Source of the DNA: a virus
Strand: one strand, 5' to 3'
IMG/VR virus record: IMGVR_UViG_3300010397_000046
Location: 4,359-68,358 of that record
DNA: 64,000 bases
Shown in pieces: positions 47,567 through 57,380 of the stretch. The notes beneath the pieces were generated by a model. That model ran no database searches. It was not told where the DNA came from and saw only the letters and a list, made by a program, of their open reading frames with translations. Positions within the stretch are counted from its first letter, which is position 1. The number at the start of each line of letters is the position of its first letter. Position numbers and translations under genes: made by a program.

Positions 47567-48036
47567 ACTGCATCCTCAACAATGGCTGTTTTGAAGGTTG
47601 CAAAAGAATCAGCCTGTTTCTTAATGTCACGGAACAACCGGCGACCCTGCTTAAATACATGGGTGATGTTTTCCCTTGATACCGGAAGGATTGCAAAATC
47701 TTCCCCATAAATACCAGGCTTGAAGATCAGTTCACCGGATTCATCACGCCCATCAGCTACAGACCATTCCTTGATGATCTTATCAGCAAATACAGCAATT
47801 ACTATGTCTTCATATTCTTCATCGGAAACTAACTCCTGTTGAATTCGGAAAGAAAGGGGCTTCAACCTTGCCCTGAGTGCTTCACGGTAATGAACATTGG
47901 AATCACCCGAATGCACAAACCGGATACGGAAAGCCCTGTCCAAATGCCCAGGAACAGGGTACTCGTTAATCTGCCCAATTTCGTTTTCTGCCTTGTCATT
48001 GATCGCAAACATTTCATACGGATTGACTGTGCTCAT
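47557..48036 (-). CDS. Tail assembly chaperone G
   Basis: GAGG SD before ATG 48036; between tail tube and tape measure genes. Confidence 0.8.
   Translation of the reverse strand: MSTVNPYEMFAINDKAENEIGQINEYPVPGHLDRAFRIRFVHSGDSNVHYREALRARLKPLSFRIQQELVSDEEYEDIVIAVFADKIIKEWSVADGRDESGELIFKPGIYGEDFAILPVSRENITHVFKQGRRLFRDIKKQADSFATFKTAIVEDAVKN
47560..47566 (-). other. Programmed -1 frameshift site A AAA AAC
   Basis: GTA AAA AAC TAA at chaperone end; -1 frame continues LTNAVKWNATWGSKLEMLTQ. Confidence 0.8.
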
Positions 48037-48207
48037 TTTTGTATCCTCTCTGTTGTTTGATTTTCTCCATAAGGAGAATCGAATTTGTTTTATGTTTGCA
48101 GGGGGATATTTCACCCCCTGCAATCGTCCACCTACAATAAAAATGGCGGTAAAGTGGATTGATTACTTCCACTGGCGGGGGAGGACGCCCACCCCGCCAA
48201 ACCGTGA

Positions 48208-49416
48208 TTAAGTTACCTTGTCAATCTGAATCGGCATTCCAGCGAACATACCACCTGATGCAGAAGGGTTTCCTTCAAGATCAAAGGAAGCCATTACATC
48301 CTGATTTGGGCCTCCAGCGGTAATCTTGGGATTCATTATTGTTGCATTTGCAATTGTGAAGATGTAACCGGCTCCGGTACTATCAACGCCACGAAAAGCA
48401 ACCATAGCTGCTGTTTCAGCAATGAATTCATCATACTGTGTGAAGTCTTTGAAATACAGTTCGATAGAACCGGATACTTCCATCAGACCTACGCCCATGC
48501 CAAGAGCATTTGCAGAGCCCATTCCATAAATACCCCTAGCACTCTGCTGTGCCCATTTCAGATCAATCTTGTTGATTGTAGCATTGATTGCAGTTGCTCC
48601 ACGATAGACTGTACCAAAACCCAGAACAGTATCAAACACATTGCCTGTTCCCGCAGCAAGTTGGGCGCCTGTAGAACCGTCTGTGGTGTTCTTTACCTGA
48701 TCCTTACACAGAAAGGTAACACTTGTTTCAAAGAACCCGCCTAGCGCAGCAGAAACGCTGCCCCCAGTAGGCCATGCGCCGGGGTAATTCAGGAACATAT
48801 TTGAAGCAAGCTGTTTCTGAAAATAGAAGGATTGGAAAGTTTCAGACATTCTTGCTGACTGTCCCGTAATCGTAACAGAATCACCAGCAGCTTTAGTGCT
48901 GCCTGGAGCTGGCTGAGTAGTAATAGACACGCCGGAAGACATAGCCGTAATGAGATAATATCCATTGATTGCCGTTGCCGGAACTGCCTCTTGTGCTCCT
49001 GTAAATCCTTTGATACGAACCCACTGACCAACAAAGTAGTTATTTGCCGCAGTAAACATTGCGCCTGTGAATGTAGATGCTGTTGCAGCAACCGTACTAA
49101 CACCAGCAGAAGCAGCAAGAGCCGTGGTAGGTGTAGCAGCCATAGAAGCAGCAAGAATATCAAACGGGGTTGCCGTTGATAGTCCCATCTTCATGTCACC
49201 CTTAGTCTCAACCTTAGTAGTGACAGCAGCCGAAACCTGTCCAGTAGCATTGATTTCACTAGGCCGGTTACGGGTTTTTGTCTGTACAAATCCTTCAGAT
49301 TCAATACGAATCTGTTGGAACTGTACAGCCGGTTTTGTTCCCCATGTAGCTTCAGGGGCATACGACAAGAGAATGTCATTTGTTGCAATTGCCGCTGAAT
49401 ACCCAGTAGTTGCCAT
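48208..49416 (-). CDS. Major tail tube protein
   Basis: YAPEATWGT, VSGSIELYF; position; AGGAGG SD. Confidence 0.82.
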   Translation of the reverse strand: MATTGYSAAIATNDILLSYAPEATWGTKPAVQFQQIRIESEGFVQTKTRNRPSEINATGQVSAAVTTKVETKGDMKMGLSTATPFDILAASMAATPTTALAASAGVSTVAATASTFTGAMFTAANNYFVGQWVRIKGFTGAQEAVPATAINGYYLITAMSSGVSITTQPAPGSTKAAGDSVTITGQSARMSETFQSFYFQKQLASNMFLNYPGAWPTGGSVSAALGGFFETSVTFLCKDQVKNTTDGSTGAQLAAGTGNVFDTVLGFGTVYRGATAINATINKIDLKWAQQSARGIYGMGSANALGMGVGLMEVSGSIELYFKDFTQYDEFIAETAAMVAFRGVDSTGAGYIFTIANATIMNPKITAGGPNQDVMASFDLEGNPSASGGMFAGMPIQIDKVT

Positions 49417-49613
49417 TATTCAATCCCTCCTTTTTCAATTTGCTCTACTTTCATTTTTAATTTTGGCTGTTCAGGGTCTTGTGCTTGTTTGGCTTTTCCT
49501 GTGGCAATCAAAAAATTTTCCGTTCCGATTGACAAGTTCAAAATTTCCCCTACTTCCACAATGATGCTTTCTCTATCAACTTCAACCAACTGTTTTTCCA
49601 ACATTTCAATCAT
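49416..49613 (-). CDS. hypothetical protein
   Basis: AAGGAG SD; TAATG overlap. Confidence 0.55.
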   Translation of the reverse strand: MIEMLEKQLVEVDRESIIVEVGEILNLSIGTENFLIATGKAKQAQDPEQPKLKMKVEQIEKGGIE

Positions 49614-49627
49614 GTGTTTTCTCCTTT

Positions 49628-50029
49628 CTAAATTTGTTCATCCCGATAAAATGGAACTGACACATTTACTTGAAACCAACCATCCGAGTTTCCTACTATC
49701 TTAACCTTTGCCGCCCTGCAACGTACATTAACTCCACACCAATTATGAAAATATGAAATTAACTGATCCGCTAATGTTAATGCTTGAGTATCACCTTTAT
49801 CCTGTACTACAAACACCTGAAAATAAATAATTCCAAAATATCGTATTGTTGACGGAGTGCTTCCCAAATTAATCTGATTCGCTTCACCGTCATTAATAGA
49901 AAGCCTAATCCAAGGTGCTTGCGGATTAGGGGGTGTGAATTCCTTGTTAGGCCATGCTATCGGGGTTGTACTTCCCCAAGCATCATACAGCCTTTTCCTA
50001 ATTTCGTTGTGTTGTGAGAGATATGACAT
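49628..50029 (-). CDS. Tail terminator (DUF4128-like)
   Basis: IAWPN..FTPP..PWIR..WFQVNVSVPF. Confidence 0.75.
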   Translation of the reverse strand: MSYLSQHNEIRKRLYDAWGSTTPIAWPNKEFTPPNPQAPWIRLSINDGEANQINLGSTPSTIRYFGIIYFQVFVVQDKGDTQALTLADQLISYFHNWCGVNVRCRAAKVKIVGNSDGWFQVNVSVPFYRDEQI

Positions 50030-50461
50030 TTATTTTAACCCGTTGACGTATCCTTGGAGGTCGTTTAATGCGCCTTCAACCATTCCGTTAGGTGCTTGTG
50101 TACTATGACCGTCTTCAAGAGCAAGAATATAAGGGACGTTGTTATATACCCAAATTATTCCAAAAGGTTTTGCCTGTGCTAACACACTTGCAATGTTAAA
50201 GGTTGGGAGATTAGCTCTAACCCCTTTTCCTGGATAACTACCTATGACACCTTTTCCTGGTGATCCTATACTCATTGCCCAATTTGCTCTTGCCCATCCG
50301 GTATCAACTGGGTGATTAGGCATGTTGGAGTTTCTTACAACTATAAGCTGATGTAGTCTTTTTGCTAAATTGACCTGCAAACGCAAATGATTCTTTGGGG
50401 TAACTACCTCATAGAATCGTTTTAAATCCATCTTAAAATTTGCGAGATTTGCTATCGTCAT
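50030..50461 (-). CDS. HK97 gp10-like neck protein
   Basis: PVDTGWARANW, NNVPY..LEDGHSTQAPNGMV. Confidence 0.82.
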   Translation of the reverse strand: MTIANLANFKMDLKRFYEVVTPKNHLRLQVNLAKRLHQLIVVRNSNMPNHPVDTGWARANWAMSIGSPGKGVIGSYPGKGVRANLPTFNIASVLAQAKPFGIIWVYNNVPYILALEDGHSTQAPNGMVEGALNDLQGYVNGLK

Positions 50462-50462
50462 T

Positions 50463-50858
50463 TTATTTCCTTATCTGCATCACATAAAGAACATTGCTTG
50501 AACCGGATTTCAAAGGAGTTACAAAAATCACGTTGTACTCAAATCCTGATTCATTTATCAATACATCTGTTGGGTGCTTTGGAACTACATCCAATTCTTT
50601 TGCAGAAAGAAAACACATTTCATCATCTTTTTGGATAAGTGTTTCTTTCAGCGTTGTTGTGCCGTAAAACTGATTTGCTGATGTTCTTGTAATAAATTGA
50701 ATCAAACCAAAACATGGATGCGTTGTAACTGTGTCTGGATCGGTCGTTCCCGTATCAGGATGATACTGACCAGGGATTGTGCGTTTCAACGTCATAGACG
50801 TTCCGTATCGCTTAACCAAATAACTTGCCCTGTCGATCATCCTAGTAGTGAAACTCAT
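50463..50858 (-). CDS. Head closure/stopper protein
   Basis: Position; 'YG..MTLKR...YHPDTG', ends LYVMQIRK. Confidence 0.7.
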   Translation of the reverse strand: MSFTTRMIDRASYLVKRYGTSMTLKRTIPGQYHPDTGTTDPDTVTTHPCFGLIQFITRTSANQFYGTTTLKETLIQKDDEMCFLSAKELDVVPKHPTDVLINESGFEYNVIFVTPLKSGSSNVLYVMQIRK

Positions 50859-51286
50859 GATAGCAAATCTCCTGTTCCTATAAGGTCATTCATACCGATT
50901 GTAAAGTTTGGGCCGGTCAATGATGAATCAGATGCTTGTGATGCTTTATCGTTTACATCAATTCCACCCGCATATACTTCCATAGAACCTTTGGAAGATG
51001 CTTTCATGTTTAACTGCTTTACTCGAAGAGAATACATCTTTACTCTGTTGTTATAACTAACTTTGATTGGGCCGAGTTCTTCTGAATCAGCAAGAGTGGA
51101 AAAATATGTTGCTATGTTGTCGGCTACTGTTGCAGCAGCAGCATATATATTTGAATTCTGTTCCAATGCCCAATCTATTTCTTCATCAGTTGCTAATTTT
51201 TCCCCATCAGATTTTGTATCTCCAATGAGAAATCTTACGGCGTCCTTTGAAGAAGTTTTTGGATTTCCTGAATACGTCCAAGACAT
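50855..51286 (-). CDS. Head-tail adaptor
   Basis: MSWTYSG.P..DAVRFLIGDT..DEEI. Confidence 0.75.
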   Translation of the reverse strand: MSWTYSGNPKTSSKDAVRFLIGDTKSDGEKLATDEEIDWALEQNSNIYAAAATVADNIATYFSTLADSEELGPIKVSYNNRVKMYSLRVKQLNMKASSKGSMEVYAGGIDVNDKASQASDSSLTGPNFTIGMNDLIGTGDLLS

Positions 51287-51302
51287 ATCTCACCTTCCTT
51301 CA

Positions 51303-51326
51303 GGGGCGGTGCAATTACCGCCCCTA
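51303..51326 (-). other. Intergenic hairpin
   Basis: ggggcggt-gcaatt-accgcccc; no U tract. Confidence 0.45.
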
Positions 51327-51337
51327 CATCATTGATC

Positions 51338-51790
51338 TTAACCGTAATCAGGAGTAACAAGTTTGCGAGACACTACAGCCAGTCCCGTTGCAGGGACGTT
51401 AGCAGCAATATAAACAAGGGACTTTGCTGTGTCAGTAATTTCAAGGGTGAAAGAACCATCCACAAGGGTAGTTATATCCATTGATTTCTTTGCTGTCATT
51501 GCTCCAAGAACTGTTCCCGAAGCGGCTTTAGCCTGTACTGTGCCTGTTGCTGTAGCTGCACAAAGCCCAGCGCCAGCCGCATCATCAGAAAGCCAAAGAG
51601 CAAGATTAAAAAGACCTGCAATAGGATTTCCATCCTTATTGGACATTTGCAGTTTTACGTTACAAATGTTTGCAGCACCGGCAGTAATTGTGTAAATGAT
51701 ATTGGAGGGGATTTCTTTACCGGCAAGGAACAGGGCACCAAATGCGGCTCTGCCTCGTTCACGAATTGTAAAACCTTTGTTGTTAGCCAT
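51338..51790 (-). CDS. probable virion decoration protein
   Basis: Ala/Thr/Gly-rich, beta-strand-like; AAGGAGG SD. Confidence 0.6.
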   Translation of the reverse strand: MANNKGFTIRERGRAAFGALFLAGKEIPSNIIYTITAGAANICNVKLQMSNKDGNPIAGLFNLALWLSDDAAGAGLCAATATGTVQAKAASGTVLGAMTAKKSMDITTLVDGSFTLEITDTAKSLVYIAANVPATGLAVVSRKLVTPDYG

Positions 51791-51813
51791 TGTTTAACCC
51801 TCCTTTGGGGGAG

Positions 51814-52119
51814 TTACTTTGTACGGCTGGACTTCTTCACAGCCGGAGGTGTTCTATGTGATTTATGTTCTGCTTTCGCTTCCACTTTCTTTTCTGTTGC
51901 TTTCTTTGCGGAATGAAGCCGCTTTTCAGCATCTTCCGGTGGGCCGTACCATTCAATTTTGTGAAGTTCAAAGAGTGCCTTTCGGTTCGCAAGAGGCCAT
52001 TTCATTGCTTGTTCAGCAGAAATCTCCGCACCGACAATAAAGGGAACGTCAGCTTTGAATGGGGCTAAACAACGACCTCCAAATTCTCCAAATTTATGTA
52101 TTGGGAAATTATCTTTCAT
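51814..52119 (-). CDS. hypothetical protein after MCP, basic tail ending KKSSRTK
   Basis: AAGGAG SD before ATG 52119. Confidence 0.6.
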   Translation of the reverse strand: MKDNFPIHKFGEFGGRCLAPFKADVPFIVGAEISAEQAMKWPLANRKALFELHKIEWYGPPEDAEKRLHSAKKATEKKVEAKAEHKSHRTPPAVKKSSRTK

Positions 52120-52188
52120 TTGTGTCACTCCTTTCATAAAATCATGAGGGGGCATTTTCACACCCCCTCTATAAGTTCCAAAATGTTA

Positions 52189-53154
52189 TTAGCTTACAAC
52201 ACTTGCGAAGTAGTAACCCATATCAGCGGCAACCAGTTTCATGGACAGACACATTTCATTCTCAATACGATCTGCACCCAAATTTTCCATACGGAAACGC
52301 TTAGTACGAATACCAGCATTGTTCAGACCAGTCAGACCTGCCCAAGAGAAGATGTACCCACCAGTGGGCATCATCAGGGACGGTGCAGGGGCCGAATATA
52401 CCAGAAGGGCCGATTTGCCGTGAATAAAGCCGAATGTCTTTGTTGCTGCACCTTCAACCGAAGTCTGCATGATCGACTGTGCTACAAGCACCCTGTCAAC
52501 ATCCAACAGCCTTGCAATGATAGCAAGTGTAACGGATTCAGCAGTAGTGTACTTGATACGATCCACAAACAGAGGATGTTTCTTCAGAGCTTCATAGACT
52601 TCATAACCAATAACAAGAGTATTGGGAATGTAACCAGTCTGTGAAAGAACCTTGATTCTTGCCCGTTTAATATCTTCCATCGGATCGGAACTGGCTTCAT
52701 CATCCCACTGAGCAAAGTTGGTTGCGCCAGTTTCGTCAGTTCCCCAAACGCCAGTAGTCATGTAGGTGGAAGCAAACAGCTTTTCACGACGAATAAGAAG
52801 CTGATTCTGAACGAACATGGCGGCATCACGATACGGGTCAACTACTGCATCAGCATTTGCAGCAGTATCATCATCAACATCTTTGTGAAGTGCCCACTTG
52901 GAACAGAAATACGTGGGAGTGTTGTCAATATCGAAACCGGAACCAGCGGATTCAGTAGCGGGTGCACGAAGCTGGGCTTCATCACGGAAGAAAGCGCCTT
53001 TGTCATAAACATAGTAACGATCACTCTGTTTCTGAACGGGGACAATCGGAAAAACTTTATCAGCGATAAAGTTGGAAGCATCCTGTGTATAAGCTACGGA
53101 AATGTTTGTGAGTGCGGTATCAACATGGGCATCACGGGGGGTATATTGAGGCAT
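52189..53154 (-). CDS. Major capsid protein
   Basis: HVD..LTNISVAY..FIADKVFP..PVQKQSD; 321 aa; position. Confidence 0.88.
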   Translation of the reverse strand: MPQYTPRDAHVDTALTNISVAYTQDASNFIADKVFPIVPVQKQSDRYYVYDKGAFFRDEAQLRAPATESAGSGFDIDNTPTYFCSKWALHKDVDDDTAANADAVVDPYRDAAMFVQNQLLIRREKLFASTYMTTGVWGTDETGATNFAQWDDEASSDPMEDIKRARIKVLSQTGYIPNTLVIGYEVYEALKKHPLFVDRIKYTTAESVTLAIIARLLDVDRVLVAQSIMQTSVEGAATKTFGFIHGKSALLVYSAPAPSLMMPTGGYIFSWAGLTGLNNAGIRTKRFRMENLGADRIENEMCLSMKLVAADMGYYFASVVS

Positions 53155-53185
53155 TTGATTTTCTCCTTTAGTTTATTTGTACTAC

Positions 53186-53566
53186 TTATGCGATTGTGCC
53201 ACCCATGGCAACACCGACAGTTACAGATGCAAGTTCGTTGGCAGCCCCGCCAGTGAGAACAGTTCCCAAACCTACTTTGGCAGTTGTTACAGCAATAGCG
53301 GTTCCATCTGCTGCTGCTTCATACTGTGCACCAGCAGTAAGACCACCTGTTCCAATTTTAACCTTGGAAATGCCAATTGCCATAACATCAGCAACTTCAC
53401 CCGATTTCGGTTTGTTCTGAAGAATGCCCAAAGCAGCCTCTCCAGCAGCAGTAGTAAGGTTGACAGCATTTGCGGCTGTTACCTTGACAATGTAAAACTG
53501 CTTTGCAGAAAGATCGGCAGCAGCAGCACAATGCCCAATGTTATAAATTCTCTGTTCGATTGCCAT
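53186..53566 (-). CDS. Capsid cement protein (DUF2190-like)
   Basis: AAADLSAKQFYIVK..GILQNKP..GE.A.V. Confidence 0.8.
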   Translation of the reverse strand: MAIEQRIYNIGHCAAAADLSAKQFYIVKVTAANAVNLTTAAGEAALGILQNKPKSGEVADVMAIGISKVKIGTGGLTAGAQYEAAADGTAIAVTTAKVGLGTVLTGGAANELASVTVGVAMGGTIA

Positions 53567-53600
53567 CCTTATTCTCCTTTACTTTGAAATGTGTTACCGA

Positions 53601-54638
53601 TTACCGGCGAGTTTCTTCCTGATATGCTTTCCGAAGATCATGATTGGTTGTGTAGATATGATCGTAAGCCTTTGCATAGGTGATGTTGTGTTCAGCGGCA
53701 TGTTTCTTGGCAAGTTCGTCAAGCTGTTCCGTTGCCGTTTTGAGGGTAGTATCACTATCCTTACCATTCTCTTTGAACAGACCACCTTCCACAATACGGG
53801 TGTTTGCTACTTTCAGCAGGGCATAAGCGGTTGCAGCAAGTTCTGAATCATGCTTGCTAATGTCAACAAGAAGTTTGGAAACGCTTTCGATGCTACCAAT
53901 TGCCGGAACAGAGACAGCTTTTTCAACACAGGATTTCGTAAGAGTTTCTTCTTCCATTTTTGCAATCTTGTCTGCATTCTCTTTGTTGATTTTTTCCTGT
54001 GCTTCAATGTGCTTTACAACAGCTTCAGGAAGAGCAGACTTGTCAATTGAATCTTCTTTCTTCAGCTTTGCCCCACAACTTTTGCAAGTCCCATCAGCAG
54101 CCGGTTCTTTTGCAGCTTTGTTTACTGCCTGTGCTGCTTCCAGTTCCTTGGTCAGTTCAGCAACTTTGTCTTGCTCCGCTTTCAGTGCCTTTTCCAATTC
54201 TTCCTTTGTCATTGTGTTACCTCCAGAGATTAATGTTGATACTGCCTGTTGAAATTGACTTACCGTTGTATTGACCAATTCGTTTGTATCTTCTACTTCA
54301 TCATCATTGATTATCGAACTGATAGAATCTTGAAGAGTCCAAATCATGTCCCAGATTTTATCCCGCAAGGTACGATCTTGGATAATTTCATCAAATGTCT
54401 CTGCGGTACAATCAGAACCCTTTAATATGGTAGAGATATTATCATCGTACCACTCTTTAAGTAAAGTATTTTTATCATCCCCCTGATAATCTTTTGCAAA
54501 GTCATGTATTTCTTCATCTTTTGTTTTGAGTAATAGAACATGCGCCGATGGATTATCTCCCTTTCCAACAAGTGAAACTTCGTTCAGTTTAACATTTGAC
54601 AACTTGTGGGTTTTTACTTTTCCTTTTGTTCTTGCCAT
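53601..54638 (-). CDS. Scaffold / prohead-protease-associated protein
   Basis: EVSLVGKGDNP N-terminal motif; coiled coil; internal SD+ATG (MTKEEL); starts MARTKG. Confidence 0.75.
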   Translation of the reverse strand: MARTKGKVKTHKLSNVKLNEVSLVGKGDNPSAHVLLLKTKDEEIHDFAKDYQGDDKNTLLKEWYDDNISTILKGSDCTAETFDEIIQDRTLRDKIWDMIWTLQDSISSIINDDEVEDTNELVNTTVSQFQQAVSTLISGGNTMTKEELEKALKAEQDKVAELTKELEAAQAVNKAAKEPAADGTCKSCGAKLKKEDSIDKSALPEAVVKHIEAQEKINKENADKIAKMEEETLTKSCVEKAVSVPAIGSIESVSKLLVDISKHDSELAATAYALLKVANTRIVEGGLFKENGKDSDTTLKTATEQLDELAKKHAAEHNITYAKAYDHIYTTNHDLRKAYQEETRR

Positions 54639-55030
54639 TATACCGCCTCCCTTGTCCCTGTACCACCTATAGAAAACATAGTCAATTCCCCACTTTCTAT
54701 CTGCTTCAATACATCTTCATCATGTATCCTGAATCCCACAAACCAACCAACCTTTTTCAAATCAATTCCTAATGCAGCCTGTTTCTCTTTTGTGAAAACC
54801 ATAGATTCAACCAATGTTGATTTCTGATCTCCTTTATGTTTTGCTTTTCCTACACGACATTCAATCACAAAGTTATGTGCTGATTTTTCTAACTCTGCAA
54901 TAGACCAACCATCCCCTGAATGATCGACAACTTCCATGTCACCTTCTTCAGATACATAGGCCCAACCATACACTACTCTTTGTTCAGCATCTACTTTGTC
55001 AATCTTACCTTTAAACAAAAACTGAGACAT
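54638..55030 (-). CDS. XkdF-like putative serine protease
   Basis: RVVYGWA, DHSGD, GWFVG, GELTMFSIGG. Confidence 0.85.
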   Translation of the reverse strand: MSQFLFKGKIDKVDAEQRVVYGWAYVSEEGDMEVVDHSGDGWSIAELEKSAHNFVIECRVGKAKHKGDQKSTLVESMVFTKEKQAALGIDLKKVGWFVGFRIHDEDVLKQIESGELTMFSIGGTGTREAV

Positions 55031-55045
55031 TTAATACCTCCTTTC

Positions 55046-56056
55046 CTAGAATGTTTGACCTACTGAACCTAACACTAAACAACACCGGCAATTAATCAAG
55101 TTTACATTATAATCCCCAGGACTAAATACTAATCCAAAAGGAGTTATAAAATATGATCTTATCTTTACTCCGAAAGGATTCATATTAGGTATTGCTGCAT
55201 GTGTCGCTCTCAACCTATCATCAGGAGTTACTATCCAAAACTTTCTATCTTCATCATCATTCAAGATACCTAAATCAAGTCCTTGTACCCAAAGTTCATT
55301 CTGACCTGCATTTACAGCACTCATTGATTCTGTTCTTGCAATGTCTCTTGCTCTTTTATTCAACATACTTTGATAATATCTTTCAACCATATCATCAATA
55401 TTCTGTGTTGTAAAATGTCCTTCCTTCATGTGTCTTCGTATCTTGGCTTGCTCAATTGCGTTTAACCTGCGTTCATTTGGGGGAGTAAGTCCCAAAGTCT
55501 GCCTTAATTCCAACTGCCTTCTGAAATTCAATACTGCTTGCGCCTGATCGTCAGTCAATCCAATTAATTGCCTAATTTCTTTGGCTGCTTTGTTTGGATT
55601 TACTCCATCTGCTATGATTCGTTCAAGTACAGATTTTACACCGTCTTTGCTTGTTTGGGTAAGCCCTGAAATCATCTGTGCGCCTCTATTTCTCATAATA
55701 GATGCTGCACGTTCATTCAAAGCATCAAACGCTATGCCCTTCTGTTTTGAAGCAACCAAATTACTTATAGCTGCTGTTGCCCCTGCTGCAAATGCTACTT
55801 GCGATTGTGTGTTAAAAACATACGATGTATTATCAAGCCCAATTCCAAACAATAGCGGATCTAACTTCTCTATTTGTGTGGCTGCAAATACAGCCTCCAA
55901 ACTTTGAGTAGACAACGCAGTTTCTATATCCGCAATAGAAACTAGATTGTCCCTTATCTCCTTAACTGCTGCTAGAAAAGCACTCTGCATACTTGGAGCT
56001 ACTTTATCAGCAGCAGCAGTTAAGGTGTCAATAATGTCATTGATTGATTTAGCCAT
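55046..56056 (-). CDS. Minor head protein (Mu gpF / SPP1 gp7-like)
   Basis: IARTE, KFW..DDRLRATH, INCRC. Confidence 0.85.
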   Translation of the reverse strand: MAKSINDIIDTLTAAADKVAPSMQSAFLAAVKEIRDNLVSIADIETALSTQSLEAVFAATQIEKLDPLLFGIGLDNTSYVFNTQSQVAFAAGATAAISNLVASKQKGIAFDALNERAASIMRNRGAQMISGLTQTSKDGVKSVLERIIADGVNPNKAAKEIRQLIGLTDDQAQAVLNFRRQLELRQTLGLTPPNERRLNAIEQAKIRRHMKEGHFTTQNIDDMVERYYQSMLNKRARDIARTESMSAVNAGQNELWVQGLDLGILNDDEDRKFWIVTPDDRLRATHAAIPNMNPFGVKIRSYFITPFGLVFSPGDYNVNLINCRCCLVLGSVGQTF

Positions 56057-57354
56057 TATAGTTTCTTTACTGTCTTAATTGGAAGATCAAGTAGTGCTCT
56101 TGCCTTTGCTTCTATATCATCATCAGGTGTCATTGCTCCCACACTACAAAGCTGATATACACCATCAATGAAATCTTTGATATTTTCCTTTTCAATATCC
56201 CCTGGAGTTACAGTAGGCCATAATTCTGAAGGAACTCCATTCAACTGCATCAAAGGGGGAACTGCTTTCTTGCTTACTACCTTTCCAATATCTTTCAACC
56301 ATGCTCCAAGAGCAAGGGAAAACATGGATGTTTTATCAGATGAAAGAGCAAACGAACCCACCTTGTCTTGCCCAAGAAAAATAAAATCAGCTACAACCGT
56401 CATAGCTATTGTTTTGTTATACCGTGTAACAATTGCTGATGTATCAAACTGCCTTGCTCCACCTGTTGTAAGTAATTCCAAAGTATACATCTTATTTCCA
56501 TTATCATCATACACTAATGGAAACACAACTCCCTCTTGTTCATCCCTTCTGATGTTCGTAACTAACTTCTTTATTGTTGCAAGAGTCTTCTTTTCTTCAT
56601 CAGATGCATTGGATAGCAGCAAATTAGCCGGTACACCTGCAATCGGTAATCCGGCAAGGTCACGCTCAATCCCTATGCCCTCTAACTCTTCTATGCGCTT
56701 CTTAAACATCCATGGGCGATATGCATTTCTCAATATAGATCGACCTTGCGGATTATTCTTAAAACTCTGTGTTCTAAACAAAAGTAACTTCTGAATTGGA
56801 ATTTCACAAACACCTCCGCCCACTACAGGCATTTGTTTCATACTTATCAAAGTACCTTCATCGTCATACACCCATTCCCAAAGAGTTTCTTGGGAACGAA
56901 TAGGCATTTTTCTCCAACCTATCTTGTTATCATTATACTTGCTCTTATACCGCAAACTATTTGCATCAGGCCCACCCCGTATTTTATAAACAAGTTCATG
57001 TGTGGAAAATCCGTATGTAAGCATGGACAAGATTTCACTGATAAATTCCTCCCATGTATGCTCCATATCATCCATGCAACCCTTTACAAAATCTGCTTGT
57101 TCTGCTGCTGCTGCTGATTCATCAGCCGGAGTTACTTTCCAAACAACATTACGCAATAACTTATCAATGATAAATAGGATTGAACCTACAATTGGATCAT
57201 TGTCCCGCATTTCAGCAAATGTTCTGATTCCTTGTGCACCTGTCAAAGTTCTCAAAAACTCTTCAGAGATTCTACCCCCAAATACTTTTAATCCGGTAGT
57301 GCCTATTTCAGACATTCCTGATCCTGATTTTTTTGGAATCTTTGTTCTTCCCAT
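56056..57354 (-). CDS. Portal protein (DUF935-like)
   Basis: NPQGRSILRNAY..W.FK, IERDLAG, GSFALS. Confidence 0.85.
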   Translation of the reverse strand: MGRTKIPKKSGSGMSEIGTTGLKVFGGRISEEFLRTLTGAQGIRTFAEMRDNDPIVGSILFIIDKLLRNVVWKVTPADESAAAAEQADFVKGCMDDMEHTWEEFISEILSMLTYGFSTHELVYKIRGGPDANSLRYKSKYNDNKIGWRKMPIRSQETLWEWVYDDEGTLISMKQMPVVGGGVCEIPIQKLLLFRTQSFKNNPQGRSILRNAYRPWMFKKRIEELEGIGIERDLAGLPIAGVPANLLLSNASDEEKKTLATIKKLVTNIRRDEQEGVVFPLVYDDNGNKMYTLELLTTGGARQFDTSAIVTRYNKTIAMTVVADFIFLGQDKVGSFALSSDKTSMFSLALGAWLKDIGKVVSKKAVPPLMQLNGVPSELWPTVTPGDIEKENIKDFIDGVYQLCSVGAMTPDDDIEAKARALLDLPIKTVKKL

Positions 57355-57380
57355 TTAATCCCTCCAATTAGATTCACTCG

